Positions 13,484 to 27,120 of a DNA stretch of 64,000 bases are shown piece after piece. The position numbers were made by a program, and so were the translations under genes. The notes beneath the pieces were generated by a model. That model was not told the DNA's origin. It saw nothing but the letters and a program-made list of their open reading frames with translations, and made no database searches. The stretch spans positions 1 through 64,000 of the forward strand of contig NGBS01000317.1 in the NCBI GenBank assembly GCA_002245135.1. The letters are read 5' to 3'. How positions within the stretch are numbered: position 1 is the first letter of the stretch; every line of letters begins with the position of its first letter. The DNA is from Proteromonas lacertae. Lineage: Eukaryota.

Positions 13484-14062
13484 TGAATAGAAAAGGCAGC
13501 CAATCAAATCCAATCATTCTATAAACATTATTCATTCAAATCAAAATCAAAAATATCAAATTCTTTACCAAAATATTCAATTCTTTCACTTACACCTGAT
13601 TTACCTGTTGAATTGTTAAGTAAACTAACTGATAATCAATTACATGACTTGAAAAGAACAATAAAAACTAATTTAGTTCAATTTGATAGAAAATATTACA
13701 TAGAAAATCATAAAAAGCCAAATATTAAAGATAAATCAAAAATTATGAGTGATTATAATAATTATAATATTATTAAATCTAAATTGAGTAAAAATAAGTA
13801 TATATTTGTATATTACAATAACAAATAGAAATGATATTAAATTGAGAGAATTGAAAGAAGAGAAAAGAGAAATAAAAAACAAAATATTGGCATTTGAAAA
13901 GAAATTTTATGAAGAGAATAAAAGAAAGATAAAATTTAAGGGAGATATAATAGGACATGAAGATTTATATCAACAATACTTTGTATATTAAGTGTAATAT
14001 ATATATTATAGGAGATAAAGAAGAAAATAATAGATGAAATAGAAAATTCAATAGAATTATAA
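12427..14062 (+). CDS. FAM13-like protein (degenerate RhoGAP + C-terminal coiled-coil repeats)
   Basis: LLSLFAPLLCKP RhoGAP end, and two repeats LKRTIKTNLVQFDRKY and EEKREIKNKILAFEKKFYEENKRK as in FAM13 C-termini. Many short introns. Confidence 0.7.
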
Positions 14063-14136
14063 ATATATTATATTGTTTTTATGTTTTTTGTTTTTTGTAA
14101 ATACTCACTTTACATAGTTATTATAAATTTATTTCA

Positions 14137-15366
14137 ATGAATTCATTTTCTACATGGTTGGACAATCATAATTATGAAGTATAAATATAATTGTTGATAC
14201 TTTTGTTGAGTTAGTGAATGGAGGGTTCTACAAAGATAGAATACTAAAAATTCGAGATATTACTAATAATTCAAATCAATTAATAAAAATATTGGATGTG
14301 AGTGAGTTAGATTCAAAAGTAATTGATGAAGTGGTTTATACGATGAATAGAATAAATAATATGAATATATCTGGTTTATTGAAATACAAAATCATAGAAA
14401 AAGATGAAACACAGTTTTATCGAGTGATGAAAGAATATACAACTCATTTAGATATAATAAACCCTCTTAAAATACTTTGATGATAGTGGTTCATATGAAG
14501 TATTAAATGGAATATTGATGATACTAAAGAGTTTAAATAAAAATGGGACATTTCACAGTGATTTAAAACCCTCAAATATCTTTTTGAATGACGAAAATGA
14601 AGTGATTTTGAGTGATTATTTAAATAATCTGTTATATAAAGGAAGAGAAATGAAAAGAGTAAGAAAAGAAGAAGATTTATGTTTTGTTTGTTATGATGAA
14701 TTATTAGGAAAAGAATTAGATATTTCAAGTGATATTTGGAATTTTGGATTAATATTTTACTATATAATAAGTGGAAAATATCCATTTCTTGGTTCAAATA
14801 TGTTAGAAACAATGAAGAACATCGAAAATGTGAATTATGAACCTATAGAATGTGAAGATGAACTTGATTATTTAAACTTTTTTGTTAATAAAATTCTTCA
14901 AAAAGAAAAGAAAGATCGAACAAATATAAACAATATAGTGAAAGAATTTGAAAATATTTATAATATCAACATCTTCGATCTATTACACGCAAAAGATAAT
15001 GAAGAAAATAGATTAGCTTCATTGGATGATCAAATAAGTCGTCTTAATGGTGATACATCAATGTTGACTGATCCAAAGTATGATTGGATGAGTGATGAAG
15101 CAAAACCTTATTGTGCAGATAGAATTATAAATCTTGTGAAGTATACGTTAAGCCAAAATTCACCAGAGTTAATATTACTTGGTAGAAAATCTGGTATATT
15201 AAGGGCTTTACATTATTCATATCCTTTCTGGAAGGATAATACCGAATTAGAATGTTATTGTGAAAAATTACTGAAATTTACTAATAAATATCTTAAAACA
15301 AATTTTACTTTCAAAGAGTTTAATAGAGCTTTGTGTAAAGCAATCGATTATATAGAAGGGTATTAG
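14137..15366 (+). CDS. Divergent protein kinase with unknown C-terminal helical region
   Basis: HSDLKPSNIFL, SDYL, SDIWNFG and GKYPF; no Gly-rich loop. One intron (14179-14210) and a +1 frame break near 14460. Confidence 0.75.
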
Positions 15367-15449
15367 TAATAAAAGAAAGAAATTAATTAAATGAATAAAA
15401 TTCTTTTGAAATCATTTTTCTAGAAACACACATCAATATTTAAATTACA

Positions 15450-17972
15450 TTATTTATTACTTTTACCAATTGTGTTTCTGCTTCTTTTAGGAAGACTGGG
15501 ATTCATTCTTAATGGTCGATTCTGAGGAATTGGCATTTCGGAATAATCTATTTCATTTTAATATATAATCGACAATAATATAAATAAATACAAGATCGAT
15601 ATGACAAATATGAACTATCATCACCAAATACTGAGGGAGGAGGCAAAGAGGATGGTTTTCTACAACTAAATTTACTTCTAATGCATAATAATAATAATAT
15701 ATACATATGTCTTTCCCATTTTTCGTCGATTGTATTTAAATCACTTTTCAGTTTAGCTTCTTCTTCTTGTAGTTTTTGATAGGATTCTGTTAATAAATTC
15801 TATCATTATAATATAAATATAAATAAATACCAATTTTGGAACTTTATTTTCTTTAACGAAAACTGGTTCATCAGAATATTTGGGTTTTATTATTTCTATA
15901 TTTTGTTGTGGTTGATAGTATTGTCTTTCATTCTGTTGTTGTTGTTGTTGTTGACAAGAAGGAGGCGGTGGTTGATAATAACTTTCTTCTTTTACTCTAC
16001 TTTTCTATTATTATAATATATAATATAAATATTATATATATACAATTTCTGAAACAGATCTTTTCTTATTTGTTTTGATTTTATCACTGTATTTTGGATA
16101 TTTCCCATTATACAAATAAATATTTCGTCTTTCAGCAATTTCTTTTCTCTTCAAATCTTCATCAATTGAACTTTTTCTAATACTCGAAAACTCTCTTCTT
16201 ACACCAATCTTTATTTCACTTTTCCTCTTATTATTATTATTATTTTCTTCTTTTTTCTTTTCTCCTGGAACTGTGTAAATCTCTGAACAATTTGAATATA
16301 TACTCCATCCCTCTGAATTGTGAGCTTTTATACGAAATCGATAGTTATAACCACTTTTTAAATTATCATATGTATAATTCAAATTTCGAATTATTCCATT
16401 TCCTACATTCTTCCAAATTCCATCAGGATAGATTTGATATTGTAACATATAACTATCAATTTTATAATACTTCTTTCGTTTGTCATTCTTATTTTCATTC
16501 CATTTTATCAATAAACAAGTTGGTTTTAATGCAAATAGTGTTGGAGCATCAGGTTGTTTTGGAGGATATTTTTCTCTTCGTTTTTGAATATCATTACTTA
16601 TTTCATCATTCCACTGTTTTCGTCTTGGTTTGGAATTGTTTGATTCATTTATATTTTCTTGATTCTTTAGATTTTCAGAGTTTTTCTTTGAAGCTACTTT
16701 AGCCCATAATGGTAAATCTTCTTCTTCTTCCACTTCCACTTCTTTTGGTTGTGGTTTATGTGCTTTTGCTTCTTCTTCTTCTTCTTCTTTAAATAGAGGA
16801 GACATTATTCTATTATTTGGTTTTTCATTTTCTTCTGCTTTTGTATGAAAATCTAAATCTATATCAAATACAGGTAAGTTGATTTTTGGCTTATGTGGTG
16901 ATATAATTGGTGATCTTTCTTCTATTAAACTGTGAATATGATTTGATGGTGATGATGATGATATATGAATAGATTCAAATGCATTCTTTACATTTCTTGT
17001 TGGAGATTGAGGTTTAGCTAATAATGGCTGTCTTTGTTGTTGTATTTGTTGATATTGAGAATGTTGTGGAGGTGGTTGTTGTTGATATTGTTGTTGGTAT
17101 ATTTGTTGGTTTGTTGTTGATTTTGCTGATATTGTTGTAGATGAGACTGTTGTTGAATAGGTGTTTGCTTATGTTGTTGTTGTTGTTGAGAATTATTCTG
17201 TTGTTTCATATTCTGTATCTTCTGTTGAATCAATTGATATTTTTGTCTTTCCAATTGTAATTGTTTTTGATAATCAGGTTCTTGCTGCTGTAGTTGTTGG
17301 TTCTGTTGATATTGTTGTTTTAATTTCAATAATTGTATTTGTTGCTGTTGTTGAATAACTTGTCTTTTCTGTTGAAGTCTTTGATATTCTAATCTTTTTC
17401 TTTCCATCCTTTCTTCCTCTTCTTTTTTAGCTTTTTCTTTCTCTTTTTCTTGATTTATATCTGGAGATAATATATGTTCTTCTTCTTCTTTTTGTTGTTT
17501 TGGTTGTGCTTCTGGTGAATTATTGTCACTCATTGGTGGAGGTGGGATGGAATAAAACTCAAAATTAGGTTTATAATCATGATAAGTAACTGGTGAAGAT
17601 GGTTTTTCATTTTCATAGGAATAATTGTAATGTGATGGAGATGAAGAAAATACAGGAGGTTTGTATTCATTATGACTAGGTGACTCTATTAAAGGAGAGA
17701 AATCATCTTCAATTGTTTGTGGATTGCTTACTATTGGAATGTTTGGTTGTTGATTTATAATTTTAGGAGGTGATGGCGATACTATAAAATCATCTGGTAT
17801 TACTTCTGCATCATTTATGAAAGTATGAACTATAGGCCCAGTTCCTGAATATTCTATATATAAAATTAATATATGTGACATTATACCTAGCGAATCTTCA
17901 AATGGAGAGGAACTTGAGCCAAATTTCTATAATTTCATATTATAAATATATTTATACTGGAGAACTATCCAT
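15450..17972 (-). CDS. Q/P-rich protein with a fibronectin type III domain
   Basis: PPKQPDAP...IKW...YMLQY...NLKSGYNYRFRIKAHNSEGWS is FN3. Poly-Q region 17050-17390 has a frame break. Several short introns. Confidence 0.75.
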
Positions 17973-18089
17973 ACTATTTTAAAATATTAGTTTATAAAAC
18001 CTTAATTTTTGCTTAATTACGAAATATAGAGAAAAATTAAAATTATTTTGAATTAAACTTGATGAAAGCTTGACATTGGATTTTGAATA

Positions 18090-20168
18090 ATGAGTAAGTA
18101 CTACATAGGGCTTCAAGTTCCATCAGTGTCAGAAATAGTAGTTGATCTTGAAACAGTATATTTATAGAATATTGGATTAACAGGCAATAAAAGCTAAATT
18201 TGATTTTATTGTTGCTCCTTTAGTTCATCCATCCTACCAAAGAGATAGTAATGGTGTATCTGATTCTAGAGAGGAACCTTTGACTTGTATATTTGTCCAA
18301 TATTGTATTTTTTAGATTCAGATGTTTATATAAGTGGAGTTAAATGGTCCAGTCTAGTTGCTGGATATATTTCATCGTGGATAGACCTAGATTCAAAATC
18401 AGAAAATTTCCGAAAATCTTCAGAAGTTGCATTTAAAGAAGAAATACTGTGGGGATCTCATTTGGGTGTTCCAGTAGTTATGTGTCCATACCCATCAGAG
18501 TCATGTTATAACTATGCTTCAATATTGAATACTTTATACACTGAACTACATTACTTGAATTGTTGGATAAAAATCCCACTTATTGATCCAGAAGTGATAT
18601 TAAACCCAGATAATGAATATAATGACAATAATAATACCAATATTAAATATGATACTTGGGAAAGATGGAATACATTTCGAACTATGTGTAATTATAGGGA
18701 CAATTTAAGTGTAGCAATAGAAATGACATTAGATTTACCCACTGATATGAATTTAATAAACAGATGGTATTGTGAACCAGTAGAAGCGTTGATTTTACCA
18801 ACATCCATATTTGTAACGAATATGAAAGATGGTAATCCAGTTTTGCCAAGTAATCTACATAAGGAATTTATTATTAATATGTTGGATAGAAAAGTACAGT
18901 TGATTATTAGTGGAAGGCCAAGACATCCTGATGGTTTTAAACCATATTTAGATGTATATATTTGATAATATTTTTTCTTCTTTCTTTTTTATAGTTTTAT
19001 TATTTATTCAATATCTATTTATATATTTATTAGTATATTCACTCAATAACTGAATCAATTCCTCCTATTACACCAAGTGAAGCACATTTAAGAGCGTATA
19101 TAGATGTATTACAATTACCACTTCAGCCATTAATGGATAATTTAGAATCTCAAATATATGAAGTCTTTGAAACTGATCCAGTCAAATATGTAGAATATGA
19201 AAGAAGTGTATGTGAAAGTTTATTAAAGTTTGATGTTGATAAAGAAGTAGTAGTGATGGTGGTAGGAGCTGGAAGAGGACCACTTGTTCAGAGATGTATA
19301 AATGCATCAAATAAAACAAATAGAAAAATAGTATAATAATTATTATTTAATATATATATATATATTATAGAAATTATATGCAATAGAAAAGAATCCCAAT
19401 GCAGTAATAACATTACGTAACAAAAATATCACTGATTGGAATAACTCTGTAACAATCATCTCTAAAGATATGAGAGATGTAGAAATATCTGACGAAAAAA
19501 AAGCTGATATTATTGTCTCTGAATTGTTAGGATCATTTAGTGATAATGAACTATCACCTGAATGTTTAGATGGAGCAGAAAAACTACTCAAAAATCCAAG
19601 TGGAATTTCTATTCCTAAAAATTATACTTCTTTCTTATGCCCTATTAGTTCACCTGTTGTATATCAGACAGTATATTTATATGATATTTTTATATTAATT
19701 TGTTTAAATTAGATTAAAAGAAGGAATGAAATAAAAAATAATAGTTTTGAATTGCCATATATAGTTCATTTTCAACATATTAATGTATTAAGTGATATTA
19801 AAAAATGTTTTCATTTCACTCATCCAAAGTTTAGTGATAATATTGATAATAATAGATATATAGAATTGACTTGGGAATGTCAATGTAATAGCGTTTTACA
19901 TGGATTTAGAGGTTATTTTGAAACTCAATTAACTGATAATATTATGTTGAGTATCAATCCTGATACTATTACTAGTAAAATGGAGAGTTGGTTACCAATA
20001 TTTTTCCCGTTAACAAAATGTGAATATGTTAAGAAAGGAGATATTATAAAGTTATGTATGTGGAGAAAAGTGAATAAAAGAAAAGTGTGGTATGAATGGT
20101 GCTTAGTTAGTCCATGTAAATCTTTTATTCATAATGAAGGAGGTAAGAATTATTGGATTGGATTATAA
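18090..20168 (+). CDS. PRMT5: Protein arginine N-methyltransferase 5
   Basis: [68 protein letters not shown] and KVWYEW. Confidence 0.97.
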
Positions 20169-20352
20169 GAGTAGATATGATATTAAATTATTATTTTTTT
20201 GTATGATATTTTTTGTTTTTGTTGTAATAATGAATAGAATATATGCAATGTTGAAGCAATTAAGCATAAAATCATGTAGTAATATGCTCTCTATATAAAG
20301 ATGATGTTAAATTTGAATGAAACGAATATATATTTAAAAACTCCAATAAAAG

Positions 20353-22061
20353 ATGATGGTGAGTAAAAAACTAGACAGTGATGGGTATAAAATACCGATT
20401 GTAATGAATAGATTGATAACTCATTTGGTTAACCAAAACTTTAGTGATGTAGAATTTAATGTTCAAGGAACTAGTATGAAAGGAGTAAAAGTATTGGTGT
20501 GCAGTCAAAATGAAGCATTAAACCAAATTATTAACGATTCTTTAGCTCCCTCTGTAATTGATATCAGTCCAGAGATAAAGCCTTCCACATTCGATTCTTT
20601 ATTAACCTATTATGGCTATGGAACAGTAAGAATTGATGATGATAATGTAATTGACATAATCTATATGTGTGTGAGTTATGGCGAAACTAATCTACTTAAT
20701 ATATGCATTAAATACGTATACGATCATTTTAAATTCAAACTCGCAGAAAAACTATTCTCCAACATAGAGATTCTTAATTCAAGAAATCTTGTTGAAACAA
20801 AGCAACTAATTCGCTCATATATTCCAATATATGGTAGTTATATATTATCTAATAATGATATGATGTATCAATTTGAACCACAAATAATAGAAGAAATACT
20901 AAGAACCAATAACCTAGTAACAGAAAGTGAAGAGTTTTTATTAAATAGAATATTGTGTTATTATAAAGAAAATTGTAATATTAATGGTAATAGCAAAGAG
21001 ATGCAAGATATTTTATCAAAATTGTTATTACTAATCAAATGGAATGAAATTCCAAAAGAAAAAATCAATCCAGATTTACTATCATTACCTCATTTTAGCA
21101 ATATTGTCAATAACTCAACATTTCAAATGAACCAAAGAATATATTTCAGTATATATATATATATATATTATTGTTATTATAAATGTAAATGTAATAGAGT
21201 TACCTGTTACTTCCAATGATTTGTTAAATGAAATTATATTGAAATGTTGCTATGGTTTATTCGTTAATACTGTAAATCTAAATGATGAAATATGTCTCAA
21301 AATAAAATGCGTAAATATTAATGACTATTTGAGAGAACTGTTTGAATGCAATAACATTAAATTAGAAATTATAATTATTTTGCTTATTCATGAATATACA
21401 ATCTATGTTAATCGTATAATATATATAATATTATATTTGTTTTTTATCTTTATATATATATATATATATAGTTGGAGTTTATTATTCCAAGATAATGAAT
21501 GATATTATGAACTTTTACAAGTTTAATATTGGTAATGGAAGAGAGAAAGTGTTTTGTGAAGCTGCAGTGAAATGTTTAAGTTATTTTGTATCTAACAGTA
21601 TATCTATCCTATTGTAAATCATTTCTAATATAATAATATAGGTGATAATATAATAAAAATAGTTAATAATTGTGGTGATAATATCATTTATTTCATACTA
21701 AATATTGATTATAACCTATCGCATACAGCAAAGAGTAAGTTAGTGGAGTATTTATGTAATATTAAAAACAACAATAATAACAAAATGGAAGAAATAAGAC
21801 AAAGTATAAAAGATGAGAAGATTGTCCAATATATTGATAGTATATTATTCTGCTAATGTTTGTATTTCTTTAGGTTATAATCATTTTTCAACTTTATCTC
21901 TTAGAGATAGTTTGTCACCTGATAATTACACATTTGCTCCAGAGGAGTGTAGAAAATGTAAAAGAGGCTATAGATATGATGATAGTGAAGATGGATATGC
22001 AGAACAATTTAGTGAAACAAAGAGAATTAAAACAATAGAATTAAATAACTTATTTAAATAA
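20353..22061 (+). CDS. BTB/BACK-domain protein with C-terminal helical (ARM-like) region
   Basis: FSDVEFNVQG, FDSLLTYYGYGTVRIDDDNVIDI and LVTESEEFLLNRILCY. Several introns downstream. Confidence 0.75.
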
Positions 22062-22064
22062 TTA

Positions 22065-22317
22065 TTAACTTTGTTTCATAAATGTATCTTTGACCATTCT
22101 GTTTCCGAAGAACATACATAGTATAACACAAAAGAAACTAATTCCAAAAACTATTGAAACTACGAATATTGTAATTGCCTTATGAAAATCAAATATATAA
22201 CACAATATTATAAATGTGATTAATAAAATTGAAATACTCCAAATTGAATCAGAAGAAAGATCTATTCTTATATAACACCATTATACTAAATTTATGTTCC
22301 TCATTCTGTTCTTCCAT
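22065..22317 (-). CDS. Small single-pass membrane protein (about 67 aa), absent from the ORF track
   Basis: ATG at 22317 (MEEQNEEHKF), two GT-AG introns, last exon AITIFVVSIVFGISFFCVILCMFFGNRMVKDTFMKQS-stop. The model needs one extra T in a TTT run of exon 2. Confidence 0.45.
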
Positions 22318-22430
22318 TAATCTATTTTCTTCTTAAATTATGCGACTGATTAGAAAAACAACAATTCTCAAATTAGATTTTAATTGAAATTTTTTTTCAT
22401 AAACCTAATTTTATATTCTATTTTGCTAAA

Positions 22431-23846
22431 ATGATAAATTGTCAATTTTTAACAACAACTATATATCTGTATGGTATTTTAATGTTAATGGGAGTGATTG
22501 GGAGTGCAAGAAGTATTACTATGCCAATTATAATGAAAAAGTACTCACTGTCATATCATCAAGAAGGAATATTCGCTTCTAGTTTAACAGTTTCTGGTAT
22601 TATAAGTAGTGCATTAGCTACAATAATTTTAAAATATGTATCTCATAAAACTGAGATTATAATGGCATGGGTGATTATAGCAGGTGGATCATTCATTGCA
22701 GCTCTTATTAAATCTGTTTTTGGTGCAGTTGGTGGATTAATAGTTATATCTTTTGGAATTAACATTCTTCAGATAAGTAGTAATTCCTTCTCAAGTATAT
22801 TCTTTACAAAGAATAAAGGAATATGGATTAATATAGAACATGGTATATTTGGTGTAGGAAGTATATTTGGTCCATTAATCGGTAGTTATGTCAGTTACAA
22901 TCTGTCAAACAGTTACAGAAGTACTTACTTAGTATTTGCTATATCATCATTGGTCACCACGTTTCTATTATTTTTTGGAAGATTCAAAAAAATAGAATAT
23001 AATGAAATTCCATTATCTCCTGAATTATCAAGACAACAATCATCAATACATCCAACACAAACAACAAATTTACCAGAATTATCATTATATGAATGTTTAA
23101 AAGATAAATTAATATGGTTATATGCAATAATATTAGGTATACAATGCAATATTGAAATTGCAGCAACTAATTGGTCAGTTTTATATATTCAAGATGTTTT
23201 ACATTTATCATCAGAAAAAGACGGTTCATTATTCATGACATCTTATTATATACTATTCACTGTATCTAGATTAATAACTGGAGGAATAATACAAAAAATA
23301 GGATATGTCAATTCATTGATATTTACTGTAATTGGAAGTTCAATATTATTTATAGTTGGTTTTGTATTTATTAATAAAACTGGAATGTTTATTTTAATGA
23401 CAACAGGATTTTTTCTTGCTCCTTTTTGGCCTACATTAATGTGCAGTGTTATGGAAGTGTATGAATCTCAATCATCAACTCCAACAAGTATGATAATAAC
23501 AATTGAAGGAGTTTTAGTAGGAATTACTAATTATTTTCAAGGACTTTTAAGTGAAAAGATAGGAAAGGCATGGGGATATAGAACAACAGTTCCATTATCA
23601 ATTTTATCATTGATTTTGTTATTTATTTTGAAAAGAATGACTAATAACAGGATTATCCAAAGAAAGAATTTAATAAAAGAAGAGGAAGATTTAGAAGAAG
23701 AAATAAAAGAAGATATTGAAATGAGTGATAATTTAGAAGTCTCTTCTGAAGCAAAGGTTAATAATGAAAATTCTACTCCTAAAGTAAGGAAAGAACATAT
23801 TGAATTAGTTAAAGTATATTCATCATCATCATCTTCCAGAAGATGA
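22431..23846 (+). CDS. Major facilitator superfamily transporter (FucP/TsgA-like)
   Basis: Intronless 471 aa with about 12 hydrophobic segments. HGIFGVGSIFGP, EIAATNWSVLY, SRLITG and APFWPT. Confidence 0.88.
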   Translation: MINCQFLTTTIYLYGILMLMGVIGSARSITMPIIMKKYSLSYHQEGIFASSLTVSGIISSALATIILKYVSHKTEIIMAWVIIAGGSFIAALIKSVFGAVGGLIVISFGINILQISSNSFSSIFFTKNKGIWINIEHGIFGVGSIFGPLIGSYVSYNLSNSYRSTYLVFAISSLVTTFLLFFGRFKKIEYNEIPLSPELSRQQSSIHPTQTTNLPELSLYECLKDKLIWLYAIILGIQCNIEIAATNWSVLYIQDVLHLSSEKDGSLFMTSYYILFTVSRLITGGIIQKIGYVNSLIFTVIGSSILFIVGFVFINKTGMFILMTTGFFLAPFWPTLMCSVMEVYESQSSTPTSMIITIEGVLVGITNYFQGLLSEKIGKAWGYRTTVPLSILSLILLFILKRMTNNRIIQRKNLIKEEEDLEEEIKEDIEMSDNLEVSSEAKVNNENSTPKVRKEHIELVKVYSSSSSSRR

Positions 23847-24038
23847 AAATGAAAGAGAAGAAACAAGTGTGTAGTTTTTTATTTTTCAAACATGTTTGTT
23901 ATAAAACATATTTTCCTTATTTAATTTATTTAGAAATAAAAATATACAGGTTTGTGTTATTTCCCCCCAAAAATATAAAATTATAAATAAATTAAAAAAA
24001 GATTGTGAAAATCTAAAAGCTAAATTAACTAAAATGAT

Positions 24039-25319
24039 TTACAATTCCATCGGATTTTCTAGTTTTATCGATAATCTTACAGTTCCACAAAATCCAGTCA
24101 ATGTAGAAACTGGTGAAATATTATTATCAAGCACTCCACAACTAGATCTATTCACGTTTAAATTATTCAAATTTCTGTTATTATTATTATTGTTATTATT
24201 ACAATGTAAATGATCTTTAGTATCAAATACACTTATTGACTGTCTTAAATCCATTCTTTTACTCGATCTCATTAAATCATCAGCTAAAAATGAAGTCCTA
24301 CTTCTCGCAGTTCTTCTAGACTGTGCATCTTGTTCTTTACTTCGGCTAATTCTTCTATTGGGACTTCTTTCTATTGTATTACTTGTTCCACCATGAGTTA
24401 TTATATTTTTAATTGATTTATTTACATATTTATTTTGATTTAAATAACCATCAGGACAGAATATTATACCATAATAATCAATCACCTCTCTTACCAAATC
24501 ACTCTCTTTACCAACTTCTACTTCATAATCAAATATATAAGGATTCTGTTTACCATTAATTCTTCTTATTGCTTTACTACAACAATTCTCAGGAGGTAAT
24601 TTTCCATCATTTTCTTTCATATATGCTATTCTGTCATGCACTATATGCCTTCTTCCTAATATACTGTTTAATACTTTCTTTTCAAAGAAATAATTACATA
24701 TTCTGTCATGTATTTCATCGAGTGTTTTAATACTTGCTTCATCTTGAGTTAAGTACGATAATAGCATTTTAAATGTTAATGGAAAAATTCTATATAACAA
24801 ATAAAACAATATTTACATATACGGTGAGAATTTCTGAATAAATTCGTTGTAATAATCTTTATTACTAACTACAGAAAAAAATATCTTAATATCTTCTTGT
24901 CTTAAAGGATTTGTGTATTTTATTGCATTTATTGTGAAAACAACTAATGAATATATGACGATAAGGAGATATACATGGCAGAATAACATCTGGAACACTG
25001 AGAGAAAAGATTATTATAATTCGAAAAAATGAATTCCACCTTAATACTTCTAAAAATATATTATTTTATAGAAATACTATAATGTTCAAATATCTTTTGT
25101 ATTAGAAGACTATTTTCAATGTTAAATGTAGAACAGAATATAGTTATATCAACGAATTCATTACTACAATATAATGACTACTATACTATTTCACTAATAA
25201 TTCATAACACTTTTCAATTAAAGAAATATCTGTACTATTTACTAGAATATATGAAAAATCAGTATACGATAGCACAGTTTGGCCAATTTAATGGAGATTT
25301 GGTCTAATGGATCACGCAT
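24039..25319 (-). CDS. Hypothetical protein with a degenerate EF-hand (calcineurin-B-like) N-terminal region
   Basis: Spliced from ATG 25319: ENSLLIQKIFEHY...LRWNSFFRIIIIF...FVFTI...LRQEDIKIFFSVV, then a low-complexity tail. Domain call is weak. Confidence 0.5.
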
Positions 25320-25443
25320 TTTGAAGTACCATTTAGAATAACAGAATAACGATTAAAAAAAGTTCAAGCTTTAAAATCAAGCTTTGCTAATTTTGTTTTT
25401 TTCAAGTTATCACTTAATTACACAGTTCAAACATCATAAAATC

Positions 25444-26167
25444 TTAATTTAAATGTTTTGCTCTTGTATGAAGAACTGCTTGGATTTGTAACAACGCAAC
25501 TGGAATGAAAGTGATTACGAAAAACAATAACACATAATAGTAATTAAATACAAAGTTCCATTCATTTGGAAGGAATTTAGAGTAAATCTATTGATATTAA
25601 AATGTGAAATATTAATATATACTTTCGTTTCTTTCACTATTTTTAATGATTTTATCATACACCATATTTCACCAGTCATTCCTATTGGTATTGTTATTAA
25701 AGATAAATTATATCTTAAAAAAATAAGAAATTTAGGTATTTTATTACTTACAAGGTTCAGTAAGTAGTATAAATATCTTACAGTTTCTATAGTGGACCAA
25801 CTTAACAACATCACTTTAAATCCACCACAACTTTCTACTTCTTTTGATATTGAAAAAACTCCCCACACTAAAATAAAATGAGATGTATATTGCATTACAC
25901 AGGTAAATAGTGGAGTTTTAACAAGTCCAATTAAGTTGTGAACTATTTCTAATAACATTACTGATTGGGTGAATTTGAGAGGAAACTCTACATTTTTATA
26001 CAATTTATATGTGCTATAAAACATATTGATAATATATACTCATCAGATAGAAAAGATAAGTCCAAAATCCACATATAAAACCAGTAAAAAAAGCACAAAC
26101 CATTGTATATAATTAAGTACACTATTTGTAAGCAATATAATTAAAAAATACTCTGTGATATCTTCAT
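25444..26167 (-). CDS. Divergent HACD/PTPLA (Phs1-like) paralog
   Basis: LEIVHNLIGLVKTP, WSTIETVRYLYY and LPNEWNFVFNYYY. Clearly similar to the adjacent copy but lacks the catalytic Tyr. Confidence 0.85.
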
Positions 26168-26291
26168 TTTAAAGATTTATTTGGATTAACTTTCAAGACG
26201 GTTAGTAACTGTTTATTCAAGACATTTTATGTGAATATCATAAGTTAAAATCAATAAAGTAGAAACACATACAAAAAAAACATAAAAATAA

Positions 26292-26999
26292 TTAATCTTT
26301 CTTTTTATCAGCATTCCAATGTTTATTTCTAGTAATTAACATTGTATTGTACATGAATGGTGATCCAGGAATATAAGCAAGTAAAGCAATAATCATTACA
26401 TAGTAATAGTTAAATACAAAATTCCAATCATTTGGTAAACTGTATGAATATATATGTTCTCTTTGTATTCTTGGTAAAGCTTTAATTAAACACCATATTT
26501 CACCAGTAATTCCTGTTGGATATAATATCATAAACATATGATATCTTAAAAACAATAATACAGTTGGACATTTAATATCCAATAAACCAAAAATGTAATA
26601 TAAGTATCTTGGCACTTCTACTGTTGACCAACTAATCACCATTAATAGAAATCCATAACATTGTCTTGATTCTGGAGATATATTACAAATTCCCCATAAT
26701 AATGCGATTCTAGATGCTACTTGCATAATGCATGAAACTACAGGTGATTTAACCAATCTGAAGATAGAGTGGAAGATTTCAAGAATTGCTAAGGTTTGTG
26801 CAACTTTTAATGGATATTCAACAATATTATATACCATTTCAGGACTACATGATATTAAACCTAAATATACGGAAGTGTTATGTTTTTAATTGCTAAAAAC
26901 CAAACAGCAGCCCATCCCAACATGCACACGAGATTAAACAAAATGAGATACACTATATAATATGATTATATGGAGGATTATACATGTAACAATCGGCAT
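26292..26999 (-). CDS. HACD: Very-long-chain 3-hydroxyacyl-CoA dehydratase (PHS1/PAS2 family)
   Basis: QTLAILEIFH, QVASR, WSTVEVPRYLYY, LRYHMFMILYPTGITGE and YIPGSP. Ends in a dilysine-like DKKKD. Confidence 0.93.
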
Positions 27000-27120
27000 T
27001 TTTATTACGTAAGTTATTTGGGGAATGATAAGAATGAAAATTATGAAAAACCCATTTCGTTTTTTTAATTGAAAAAAAACAGAGTAAGCAGAATGTATAA
27101 TTGTAGTAATACACATAAAA

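Noticed and set aside
24039..25319. 7TM-RGS-like protein
   Set aside because: The apparent hydrophobic stretches come largely from translated introns; the spliced product fits a degenerate EF-hand protein better.
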